From the NCBI GenBank assembly GCA_043228905.1, contig JBHGNT010000006.1, positions 9,362,001-9,426,000 on the forward strand: 64,000 bases of DNA. Direction: 5' to 3'. Positions 27,390 to 40,344 of this stretch are shown piece after piece. Position 1 is the first letter of the stretch. Each line of letters opens with the position of its first letter. The stretch comes from Azolla caroliniana (taxonomy: Eukaryota; Plantae; Polypodiophyta). Position numbers and translations under genes: made by a program. Below the pieces are notes generated by a model, which worked only from the letters and a program-made list of their open reading frames with translations, did not search any database and was not told where the DNA came from.

Positions 27390-30100
27390 TATATTATGCA
27401 TACATATATACCTACATTCAAACATTACATCCATGAATATATATGTACATACATTACACCCATTTATACATGCATATTGACTAAACATAGATTGTATATG
27501 TACAAATATATATTACCATATGTAAATATGTACATACACATACGTACATACATTACATACTACATACATATTAGAATCAGCCATATGTACAAATATATAT
27601 TACCATATGAAAGTACATACACATACGTACATACATTACATACTACATACATATTAGAATCAGCCATACATATATACATAATACATACATAAAAATGACA
27701 TATTACATATATACATACACATTCTTACAAACATATTTTATATATTATATATTACACACATATATTGTTATACACAATTTATACAAATGCATATATACAT
27801 TCCAACACAAAAAAATAAATTACATATTATATACATACACATACATAAATTAATACATGAGATTACTTATTACATGTACATACAAATCTTCATACATACA
27901 AACACGTTACACATATATGCATATACGCACATAAATAAATTAGATATTGCATATCATATAATCCATATTTATTACACAATATACAAATTTACATACATAA
28001 TTTACATATATATAGATATATTACATATATACATACATACACACACATTAGATATATGTATACTTACACATACATCGGATATATACATGCATATTATGTA
28101 CATATTAGAAACATACATCCATATATGAGCCATGTACATACAAAACATGAAAAATATCCCAAAAATATACATACATAAATACATTACATATATACACATC
28201 CATACATTCGTACACACACATATAGATACACGTACATTAGATATATACATATGTATTATGCACATATTACAAAGACATCCATGCACATTGAATCATGAAT
28301 ATTGACATATACATATATGCATACACATACATACATATCACCATATATATATACGTACATATGCCTACAATGTTATAAGTTTTTCAAACATAAATCCATA
28401 CACATATATATATATATATATACATTACATACATGCATACACATACATATGTTACATATGTATATTACATAGACATACATATCATCACAAACTACAATGT
28501 ACATATATACATACATATTACGAACAAACATCCACACACACATGTATGCATACACATACAAACATACATACATTACATATTACATATACACACATATGTA
28601 CATTCATACATGTACTTACATATATTCATACACACTACAATAGTACGTATATGCATACACATACATACATTGCATATGCATATATGCATACACATATGTA
28701 CATTCGTACATGGACATACATAATATTCCTTTATACATTGCTACATATACATACACATGCATACATTATATATAGAGAGAGAGATATTATGCACATATTA
28801 CAATCACACATCCATACACATTGAATCATGTACATTTAAATATACATACATATATACATACACACACGCGCGCGCATACAAACATACATTACATATGCAT
28901 ATACATATGTACATTCGTACATGGACATAAACATACATACATTAGATATACATACACATACATATATACATGCATGCATACATACATTAGATATATACAT
29001 ACATATTACAAACAAACATCCATACACACATGTATGCATATAGGCATACACATACAAACATACATACATTACATATTACATATATACACATAAGTACATA
29101 CATATATTCATTCACATGTGCACATGTATAAAATACCTAAAACATCCTATCATCCATTTACCTAGAAAACATGTCCAGGAATCCATTTCAATTGGATATG
29201 TATCTTTACAATTGTCCCTTGCTTCACATCTGTATGTATTGTGTTGTATATATGTGCATGTGGATGATCGAATGTAATATTTCTATACATATGCACATGT
29301 ATAGTACACACACATATAACATGTAGATACATAGACACACATAATACGTACGCACATGCCATACATACAAATTTACAATACATACACATGCACATATATA
29401 GAACACACACACACACACATAACACATAGATACATTATACATACTCACATGCCATACATACAATATATACAACACATGCAATTCAATACATACATACATA
29501 TACACATGTCATACATACAATGCATATATACAATAATGCATTTAATACAATATGATACAATGCAATACAATATGTACATACATGCATACACACATCCATA
29601 TGTAGACACAACACATACATATATATGCATGCAATACAATACATGTGCATATATATAGAACACATATGCACATGCTATACATACAATACATACTTAAGCA
29701 CATGTATAGAACATAAACACACACACACACACACACACACAACACATACATACAACCATGCAATACAAAACATACATATATAGGACATACACACAAGCAC
29801 ATAACACATACCCTACATACTCACATGCCATACAATATGTACATACATACACAAATGCCATACATACTGATACAATATATACAATACAATATGTACATGC
29901 ATACATACATACAACACATACATATATATACACATGCACATATATACAACATACACACATGCCATAAATATAATACATACATATGCAATTGTATAGAGCA
30001 TACACATACATACACACAAAGAACATACATACATATCCATATGCATAAACACACACACACTTGTATAGAACATACATACATAGTACATACACAAGCTATA
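27390..30100. repeat. Degenerate (TA/CA/TACA)n low-complexity array
   Basis: About 2.7 kb of ATAC/ACAT/ATAT variants, which generate many spurious His/Ile/Tyr/Cys ORFs. Confidence 0.9.
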
Positions 30101-30207
30101 ACGCTCTTTTTAAAATGCTAATTGTTTTAAAAAATGGGGGAAGAAAGTGGGGGAGATTACATATGCGTTGTGTTTTAGCAAAAAAAAAGTGGGGGGGGGG
30201 AAGGAAG

Positions 30208-30309
<102 letters not shown>

Positions 30310-30344
30310 TCCTTCCCATTTCTCTCCACACAAATAGGGAAGCT

Positions 30345-30715
30345 ATGGCTGAAGGAGGAGAAGATGTTCTTGCTGAGGCTGCTACAGCCACATAATCAAC
30401 ACCTGCAGTCGGAGAGCCAATGGATATCCTAACTAGGCTACAACTCGTGCTTAAGAAGGCTCTAACACACGACGGTATTGCAAGAGGGCTACATGAGGCA
30501 GCAAATGCTATTGAAAAGCACTTTGTTCAGAGCATAATGTTAACTTGATCTCTGTTCCTAGTGCCAGGAAGCTCGGTGAATGGGCTGGGCTTTGCGAGAT
30601 TGATTCAGCGGGGAATGCTAGGAAGGTTGTTGGTTGCTCATGTGTAGTTGTGAAGGATTATGGCGAGGAGACAGAGGGTCTCAATGTGGTCTGGGAGTAT
30701 TTGAAAAGTCAGTGA
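30345..30715 (+). pseudogene. RPS12: Processed pseudogene of cytosolic 40S ribosomal protein S12 (eS12)
   Basis: [58 protein letters not shown], then a frameshifting deletion, then [65 protein letters not shown]. Intronless, with an early TAA. Confidence 0.92.
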
Positions 30716-31068
30716 TTTTGAGGCTGAATGGCTTTCATCGGTGGTTTAGGGTTTCCTACTTCATGCCCATGCTCTTGGTACGCATCAAAATCCGCGGGTA
30801 CCTTCGGTAGTTCCTGTTTTTCGGGTTTTTGTTTGGAGAGAACTGGACTATAGTGATGAGTTAGAGGAGGATGATGATGATGCAGTGTATTCTTTTCTTC
30901 CTTTTATGCAATACTAGATTCCTTTTGCTTAGTTTGGTTCACTTTAATGCATATACTTAAAACTAAAAGGTCATATTTTTATGGATCTTTTGATTCCTTT
31001 TGAAACTTAACATTAACACTCTTGTTGTTGTTTCACAATGTGATAATCTAATGTCAACCATTGATGAT

Positions 31069-31112
<44 letters not shown>

Positions 31113-32253
31113 CTACATGAGGTGATCGACCTCTTCAAAGTGGCCTTCCACTAGCAAACAAGGATGTGCAAGATGAGCTACAATAAGGCGGGAGTTTGTT
31201 TTCATCAGGATCTAGACCACTTTTTGAGGGTTCTTGGTTAAGTACCATATATATATAATTATAAGTTTTTAACCCTATTCGTATGTGTGTATGTGTATTT
31301 GCATATGCATGGTTGTGTTTGTATGCATATATGAATGCATGCACACATGCATTTGCAACATTCCCTCTTAATTTGTGTATTTGCTATTGTCATTTCACAA
31401 GCAAGAAGAGCTCTTTTGGTCTTGCGTAGCCTCATGCAGCTTCAAGAAGTGATTGACAACAGAGGGCGGATATTCCAATGACAATTGAACAAGAGTTTGT
31501 TGTGATCTTTTGTTTGCAACTATCGTTCTGATCTTCTTATTTTATTCGTACAACATATTAACCTTTGGTTTCATATTGTTACTATATAGGTGCTCAACTT
31601 ACTGAATGAGGGTGCTCGACAAAGAAGAGGTAAAAAATGTGTTTTCATGTGTGTAGGTTTGCAAATTTTAGACTAGGTGTTCTTGAATTGAAAGCTTTGT
31701 GGATTCTACAGCTTACTTACTCTATTTCTATTGTAGAGAGATTAATGGCTATGGCTATGGAAGAGAAGATGTTTTATAGATTAAAAGTATGATGTGTGAG
31801 TGGTTGCATTGTAGCAACTTAGGGCTCAATGTTTCGTAGAGAAAAACTCAGTGTGTTGTTTCTAACATTGCAGTAACTGTATGTAGTAAGTTCTTGCTCA
31901 AGTTAAATGTTGTGAATTATTCTTGGATATCATATGATATTCTTGTTATGATATATGCTGTTTTAGATATATCGTTTTGCACTTCCATGAAGCCACAATA
32001 TAAGCATTGTTATATAGACATGTTATAGAAGATGGAATGGAATGAAGATCGCCTTTAATGCTTAGTGCTTAGATGGTGATCCTTCTTTGGAATGAAGATG
32101 GTGTGAAGACACATGCTCCACACTAACATACAAACAATTTTTTTAAAACAAAAATAAGGAAGAAAATATATTAAAAAAGTAGAAGCAAAAATTAATGTGT
32201 TGCAATTCAACTCATATATAAATAAACATGAAATACAATACAATACATATGTA

Positions 32254-33049
32254 CATAGATTGACCCATGCGTAATATACATGGTATTTGACATTCGTAAT
32301 ATTTGTGATATTCAAGAATATAAAATGGCCTCGAGAATATTATAAAACCATTTGTTTACATATACATGTACACACTTACATATATGATATATACATATAA
32401 ACACATACATATATGTGTATACACACAAATATCACTCATATATGTATATACATACATACATTAATAATTAATTAACTCACTAATATAATAATTAATTAAT
32501 TCACTTAAACATTAATTGATTCACTATACATTAATTAATTTACTAATACATACCTTAATTCATCAAAAACTTAATTAATTAATTGAAAAACATTAGTTAA
32601 TTAGGGCTTAAACATTAGTTAATTAATTAATTAGGGTTTTTGCTAAACTTAGGGTTTCAATGAAAGCTTGAGTTTGTAGCAGAGAACAAGATGTAGGATT
32701 AGAATAGATCATGAGAGGGAGTCAAGGACGCGGGCTGAAAAGAAAAAAATATTGTTAAAATTAGGATTATGATAGAAATTAGGGTATTTGGCAAACCCTA
32801 ATTTCTTGGTCGAGAATAAGATGTAGAGGGAAGCAAAGGGAAACATGCACAGGGAGTAGGGTGAGGCTTCCTCGCTCGTTGCTCATTGTTCGTTCAATCG
32901 CTCATAGGGAAAAAATAGTTTTTTATTTTTTATTTTTTTTATAAAATATTAAAAAAAGAAAAGAAAACGAATACATTTACATGCATTCGTATTCCTATTT
33001 GTATGAATTTGTGGAGCAGGCCCCACAAATGCGAATATGTCAATCTATG
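32254..33049. mobile_element. hAT-like MITE of the same family as 6563-7478, opposite orientation, nested in the 6.2-kb element
   Basis: Termini CATAGATTGACCCATGCG and CGAATATGTCAATCTATG; 8-bp flanks CATATGTA and CATATATA (7/8 match). Confidence 0.78.
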
Positions 33050-35002
33050 CATATATACATACATATATGTGAACATACATCCACTTGCACACATCACACA
33101 TATATACACACAACCCATACATAAAATATATACAACGTATGCAATATGATACAATACAATACATATATACATACATACATACACATATAAAACATACGTG
33201 TGTTTTCTATGTAAGGGCATTTAAAATGAGTTGTTATAAAAATATATATTGACACTAAGGGATATTTTTATTAACCCTTTTTTTATAAAAGGGTATCTAA
33301 AATAGTACAAAACATATGTATAAGGGGTTTATAAAAGATGTCGTGAATGCACGTGATACGACCTCTTTAAATATAATGAAGCCCTCGAGCCTTGAAAGTA
33401 TTGACAAAAGTATTGACATGTACTTCAATGCTTATACGAGCAACTGACACTGACTCCCAAAAATATGTCTACGTACTAGGCTAGATCCGTAGGCCTATAA
33501 TGGCCTACCGGTTCATCCTGATCTGGATTACGATCCGGCTCTAGGTTTCGGATATCGATATATCCAGACACCGATCTGGGTACTTATCCGGTTCTCCGTT
33601 CCGGATACCGATCCGGATTCGGTTGAGCTTGTTCGCTCAATAGATTACATGACTTAACCTAGATGACACTTTTGAAAAAGTGTCCAAAAAGCGACATGAT
33701 GCCCACTCAATACGAAAAAATAATCTACATGGAATCGGTAGATGACAATTATAAGAAAATCTTAAGAAAGTGGGACGCAAATTGTGTAATTAGATAATAA
33801 TTAGACGAATAATGTAATAGGTATTTGACATGCACCTCGTCAAGACCACTGCATCCTATAAAATCGGCCAAGAGATGGTTCAATAGAGGGGAGAGTGGCA
33901 TATACAATGAAATATGCAAAAGATCCATGAGTTGAATGTGTGCGATTAGTGCAAACATGTTTGACCCCATGCACAATAGTAATGATTATCGTAGGTATCA
34001 TGAAACACAATGCAAAACATGTCATGCAAACGCAACAAAGAAAGAAAGAAAAGCAATCGTGATACAAATTTCATTCAGCCAAGAATAACGCTGCATAGAA
34101 AAGAAGAGAGTGATTAAGAAAGAAAAGTACCGAGTGTGGAATGTTGTTTTGATCCTAAGTAGAGCATGACGAGCATTGTTAGATCCCCTTCGCTCACACA
34201 AAAACATCAAAACAACAAAAAGAAAATTGTTAGTAAATACTTTGATACCACTATTAAGAGAAAGGTAAATAGATTGAATAGAAGAACCCGTTCCACCCGA
34301 CCACCCTGATTTGTGATCAAGACATATCCAACCTACCACCGATGTCCCATATCGACGCATATTAGGATGATTAATACCTTGTAACAGATAACATGATCGT
34401 AGTGACGAAATCCTAACTTGCAGCACTGGTGTCTTAAGATGGCAACCTTCTGACGTAATGTATTTTATGAGGGTAGAGGCCTCATATTTATACTTCTACC
34501 TAGACCCCTTGAATAGATATGCCTTTCTAAAAGACTCTCCATTCATTGGTTGCCAAGATCATGATCATTCCTTCTATCTAGTCACATTAGTCCTGTTGTA
34601 ACATTAGCGAACATACCCTTCACTTATGTAAATATATTAATGACCTACCCTCACCTACGTTCTATGTGGATAACATCTTGCTACTAATTTGAATCTTAGT
34701 TTTCATGTGATTAAGAGCCTTAAGAATAAACAAAGATGACCTTCTAGTAATTTTGAAAGTAGATTATCATTCTGATTGTTTGTCTTTAGCCTATAAAACA
34801 TATTTCTAGGTAATTCCTCTAAAAAGAGAGTGAAGTATATAGTTAGTTGAGCCAAACAATGCGTAATGTTCTTGCTTTGACCCACCAAGGTTTACCGGTC
34901 ATTAACATGTGCATGATGTGGATTTATAGATCCAAATAGTTTTGGCTAGGAATTCCGCAATTCCGTCATCTCTACCACAGACACAAATGCTGCTCCTAGG
35001 TA

Positions 35003-35044
35003 TACACATACATACATACATACATACATACATACATACATACA

Positions 35045-35075
<31 letters not shown>

Positions 35076-35156
35076 GTATGTATGTATGTATGTATGTGTG
35101 TGTGTGTGTGTGCATGTATGTGTGTGTATATATACATATACACACACACATATATA
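35003..35156. repeat. Compound (TACA)n/(TGTA)n/(TG)n microsatellite
   Basis: Read directly from the sequence; the head-to-head TACA and TGTA tracts form a palindrome. Confidence 0.9.
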
Positions 35157-35499
35157 GCTCTCATTTTTGTCTCTCTTTCAATTCATGTCGGCATCTAGAT
35201 GTTCTCATGCATATAAGACATGATTAACTATTATCTCCATGATCTGGCGATGATATGGCCCTTGTGCCTTCTAATCGTGGTCTCCATTGTCGTAAGCATT
35301 CCAATGCCTCCTCTATGGTGACTCCTTAGCACTTTCTAAAATCTTTGGGGCTCTAGGTATGCAAAGCATTCAACTTGGTTTAATCTTGAGTTGGTGGGAT
35401 GATGAAACTCTGAGTTGGACCATTGTAGACCGTCCATGTGACATGTAGATGTTTGTGTACCTAGGTCTTTGTTGAACCTATCTTATGAGAAGTTCATGA

Positions 35500-35818
35500 A
35501 ATGATCTATGTAATTGGCCACCTTAGGGGAAGAGGCTCCATTGGTGTTACCCAAGTCTCTTGGGCATATAGCTACCATAGATCTTGTCCCAATATCTTTT
35601 TCATTTCATCAATTTGGATGATCTCGTGTGTGATGATGATTTGCAAAGTATCATCCACAACATCATGGCTAGTGGACACTCTATTTATGCCCAAATTTAC
35701 TTGGGGAGGTCTAGAACCCATCTTACCACACCATAGAAGAGAACAAGGGGAGAAAGAAAGAAAGGCATGTGAATGTCTACTAGAGGCCAAAATAGGACTA
35801 TGAGACAAATCACGATGG

Positions 35819-35863
<45 letters not shown>

Positions 35864-36340
35864 GTGTCCATAGGACAAATTCCATTGGCCAAGAGTTGAA
35901 CTAGGTTTGTACTATGACAAGGTGCTATCCTATCTGTAGAATGAGTGAAATTTGAAATAGAAACCATGTACACCTATCAACAAAGGAAAGATAGGGGTTC
36001 TCAACACTTGTTTCGTAACAATGTACTCAAATGCTCTTATCCTATCTTCCAATGATTCCGAAGGCTCATGTTTCATCATTTTCTTATGTAGGGCCTCTGA
36101 AACAAAGGAAGACAAAGACAAAAACAAAAACAAAAACAAATCCACAACTAAGTCAAGGGAGTTGGGTGAAGACTACTATTTCAAAGAAAGGTCACATGGT
36201 GATGAAGAAGACGACAATGACGACAGGGTCGATGTTGGAGAAGGTGGTGATTACTATGAAAAGAAGAAAAGTGGTTTATTCAACATCTTCAAGAAGAGAT
36301 AAAGGAAATTAACAAGGGGCATCCTAACTTGATACCAATA
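35500..36340 (-). mobile_element. Highly degraded LTR-retrotransposon 5'/gag-like remnant
   Basis: Met-PBS-like TGGTATCAAG on minus at about 36328-36337, followed by broken ORFs. No catalytic motif recognised. Confidence 0.35.
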
Positions 36341-37187
36341 AACAATTTTTGTGATGATGATGTGCTAGTAATTACCTTGCTATTTTCCATATTCCGTTGT
36401 TCTTCTTATGACTTCAAATTGAACCATTGTGTTAAACATATGTTGACTTGAGTTGAAAACACATTATGTAACGATTTGCCCAATGGTTAATTTGAACCAT
36501 TTCTAGAGTGGCAAAAAGTCAAATATGCTGGTCACTTAATTTGCATTAGCCCTTAATGGTTAGAAAGAAGGGGGAAGATCACAAGAAGACTGCCAACGTT
36601 TTCAAAACTTGGGCATAAGGCCCCTATGTTTGTTTCAAATTCCCAAAATACTTAAGAAATATCAAAATGTGTGTCTCATTGCAACACAAATTAACAGAAT
36701 ATGATGAAATTAAGAGTTATATAACACTAATGTAAGAGGTATTGTCAACCCTAGCTAGTCCTCACTATTATAGTACTATGAGTTTCATTTATATATTGTA
36801 TTTGATTCTAGGGGTTAATTAGATACCATGACCAGTGTTGGGCAAAGTTTGTAGCCTCTACCGGAAATTTTCCTGCTTCTCATGAACCTAACCGGAATTT
36901 TAAAATTTTGGCCGGCCACGTTCCTACCAATGACAATGTCAACCGGAACATGTTGAAATTTTTTTTGGCCGCATAACCAAAAAAAATCTAATGCAATACC
37001 AAATCAAATCAATCACAAAATTTTGGAACCCAAAAACTAAAGATATATATTTACCAAAAAAATTTCTAACTTTATAAACATAATTCACTTTTCAAACCTT
37101 TGTAAAGTAGCATTAACAACATATTAGATCAAATTAGATGTAACATATAGAAAGTTCCAAAACAAAATCGATCACATTTATAAAGTT

Positions 37188-37544
37188 TTAATCTATATCT
37201 TCTATGAAGTCCTCGATCTCATCATCATGCTCATGAGAAGTTCCTGTAAAAATATGACGATATGCCTTGCTTTCTCGCCACAACAAAATGCTAGCATTGA
37301 AGTCATGTTCTTCTAGTTTAGGTCCTTCAATAGAGATTCGTATCAATGCATCAACCGCATTGTTTTTCAGCCTATTTCTAAACTTATTTTTTATTAGATT
37401 TAGGCGACTAAAGCCTCTCTCACATGCAATTGATTTACAAATGGGAGTAATGGACAGAAATTGATTTGCAATGGTATGAAGTTTTAATTCATGCACATAA
37501 AGATTTTTGCCAAGGAAGACATCATATTCAACACATAGAATCAC
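37188..37544 (-). pseudogene. hAT transposase C-terminal dimerisation-domain remnant
   Basis: SIACERGFSRLNLIKNKFRNRLKNNAVDALIRISIEGP matches the hAT dimerisation consensus (S.A.CER.FS.L..IK...RNRL). Confidence 0.85.
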
Positions 37545-37962
37545 ATGTTGCTAATGTAAATTTCCAAACAAGAAATATGTCAAAAAGAAGGAAATCATAG
37601 CTAAAATCATTTCAAATATGTCAAGAAATTCGTTTTCCCACAATGCATCTAGTAGGAAAGATAAGTCGAAAAGAAAATGTCTAGTCCTGATTCCTACCTG
37701 TTGAAAGGATTAAAAATTATGCTAAACATAGGAGCCTCAAGCGACCAACTCAATCTACTGGACTTTACATTTCATAGATTCACATCCATGATCTTCCCTC
37801 ACGCTAAAGTTGGGCTTATTACTTATCGCCCCACCTTAACCTTAATCATAACTACTGATATTAATGAGATCCATACATCTATGCAATGACTAAACTTTCT
37901 TAGTAATCTAGTGAAAAATTTGTCTTTTTATCATACATACTAGATTTAAGCATATTATAAGT

Positions 37963-38838
37963 ATGGGTTGTTCATCTTCAAAGTCGTTAGGAAGAAAGAG
38001 GAGAGGAACAGAGTACTTTGTTCCACAAAAAGCCATTACTAATGGTACTAGTACTACTACTAACTCTAGTAATGTTATGAATAAAAGCTGGTATGCCCCT
38101 GTTTCAAGAACTGTATCAGAACCCATAAATTATCATCATATTGAAGAAGAAGATGAAGAAAAAGAAGAAGAAAGTGAGAGAAACAGAGTGAAAGACATGC
38201 ATCATGTCGTTCCCCTTGCTTCTAGATCAAGCTATGGTTTTCTCAAGCTCAGTGACAAAAAGGATGATTTGGGCCACATTTATAATAACCTCTAATCATT
38301 CAGAATAGAGCTTAATCCGATCATTGAAGAAGAACAAGAGGAAGAGCAAGAAGGTATGGGTCACCCTGATCAACATAACATTCATGCTGATAATGGTGTA
38401 GATCAATTGGAAACTATTAATGCATGGGAGCTAATGGAAGGATTAGATGATGATGATGATGATATTGATGATGGTCATGGTCATTGGGATGGTCATGGTC
38501 ATTGGGATGGTCATGGTCTTGGTCTTGGTCAAGAAGGAGGAAAGCCTCTAAATATAGAAAGGTCTTTATGTTTTAATAGGATCCATGATCTGGAATCTTG
38601 CTTTGATCGAGAGGCTAATTCACCTCTATGGAAACCTTATAATGACTTCACAAGACAAAAACCTAAAATGCAGCATCCTCACCATCAACATAGGAGGTTC
38701 AAATCTTGTGAAGGCCTTGATGTAATGCTAGAAGAAGAAGAAGAAGAAGAAGAAGAAGAGAAGGAACAATATGATTGTTATTCTTACATGAAAAAACCTA
38801 TGAAGTCTACTACCATATATACAACAATGGGGATTTAA
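37963..38838 (+). pseudogene. Captured 5' fragment of a plant glutaredoxin-like domain gene (At3g28850/At5g39865-type N-terminus)
   Basis: MGCSSSK start, SRTVSEP, HHVVPLASRSSYGFLKL and ETINAWELMEGLDD motifs. The two listed ORFs share a frame and are separated by one TAA (38293-38295). The GRX domain is absent. Confidence 0.75.
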
Positions 38839-40344
38839 TTTCTTCATTTTTGCACAAAAATAGAGCTTTTATTAGCCATGCATAAAGACCTTAACATGCA
38901 ATATAATTATGAAAGAATTAGATAATTGAATGTTTTATTATAGCTCATCTCCAACAATAATGAGCACAACCTCAAGAGACAAGACATTGTTTAGCTAGAG
39001 GAAAGCCAAAATACATACCTCATAAGAAAAATGAGCAAAATCCATACCTGAGAGTGGTGGTTTGTGCACAGGGAAGAACAAGTAGGGAGCAGTGACCAGG
39101 GAACAAGGAGTATTGATCAAAGAGTAGAGACCAAGGAATAGGGAGCAGGGAACGGGAAGCAACAATAGGGATAAGCAAATAGCGACTGTGAGCAGCGAAC
39201 AGGGATCAAGAAACGTAAGGTCTCGAGTCTCGACTCTTGACTCTCAGGAGGGAAGAAAGGGGGAAAGAGGGGGAAAGTTAAAACTATATTTTTGTTATAT
39301 ATACATACCTATATTTTTTAAAAACTATATAACTAGCCGGTTGAAAAAATATCAACCGGCTAGATTCCTGTTGGTAGGATAACCTGGCCGGAATCAATTC
39401 CGGCATTCCTCCACCTTGGCCGGCAAAAGTCCCAATGCAACCGGAAGGCTGACACTGTTCCTGGGACTTTGCCCAACACTGACCATGACATCAATCATAA
39501 TCATCCTATTAGGAGTGGCATGTTGATTTAAATTGATCAAACCTCCAAAAGTTTGGTTCTCCAACCCACTCAAAGTCGCTGTATCCGAGCCTCATCCCAT
39601 AATGATTACTTTTGCCTATTTGGGTCCTTAGCCATGTGGAGATTATTGGTTCAAATTGAATAAAGAGCCTTAACTAGCTAATTGGTAATAAGTTACATTC
39701 ATAGATTCCTTAAGTTCTTGGTTGATATTTTAGATAGCTTCAAAAGCATTTTTCCCATTTCTCTTACCATTATGTTAAAGTGGTAGTTTGTTGATCTAGA
39801 CTTCTAGTTGGCAGGTCCAAAGGTAGAATTTAGGGAAATGAGGGGGAAAAAGAGAACATACAAAATTAAATATAATATTTCAAAATGTTAATGTAATAAG
39901 TTTTATGCCTTAGTAGCTAAAGTTATTGATTGTGTAAAACCCTATCACATGTGTGTGGGTGCTAATTACCTTTTATTTAACATTTTGATGGGGGTAGGTG
40001 AGCTGCTTCTCCCAATATGAAAAGGGGACTTTAGAGCTTATTTTGGGTGTTCAAAGGTTGGGAGTTTACTAGAGTTTCATTTATTTCTTTGTCATTGTCT
40101 TTCTTAAGTTTAGGGTTTTGGTGTGTGGTGTGAGAGTGATTATTTTGTTGGGGATACTTCTCTTCTTGCTCTATCATGAATAATGATAAGTGCATGCACT
40201 ATCATGATCATGACAACCAATGAATGGAGCGTTTTTTAGAAAGGCACATCTATTTAAGGGGCCTAGGAACTAGGAGATGTATAAATATGAGGCTTAGTTA
40301 CCTTATAAGGACATTACATTGGAAGATTGTTGTAAAAATTCCTA

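Larger units (their letters stand above)
36833..39481 (-). mobile_element. Non-autonomous hAT transposon with a captured host-gene fragment (Pack-hAT)
   Basis: Perfect 16-bp TIR CAGTGTTGGGCAAAGT / ACTTTGCCCAACACTG; perfect 8-bp TSD ACCATGAC at 36825-36832 and 39482-39489; subterminal (A)CCGG motifs. Confidence 0.93.

Noticed and set aside
27396-30121. Dozens of His/Ile/Tyr/Cys/Met-rich ORFs
   Set aside because: They are translations of TA/CA low-complexity repeats with no coding signature.
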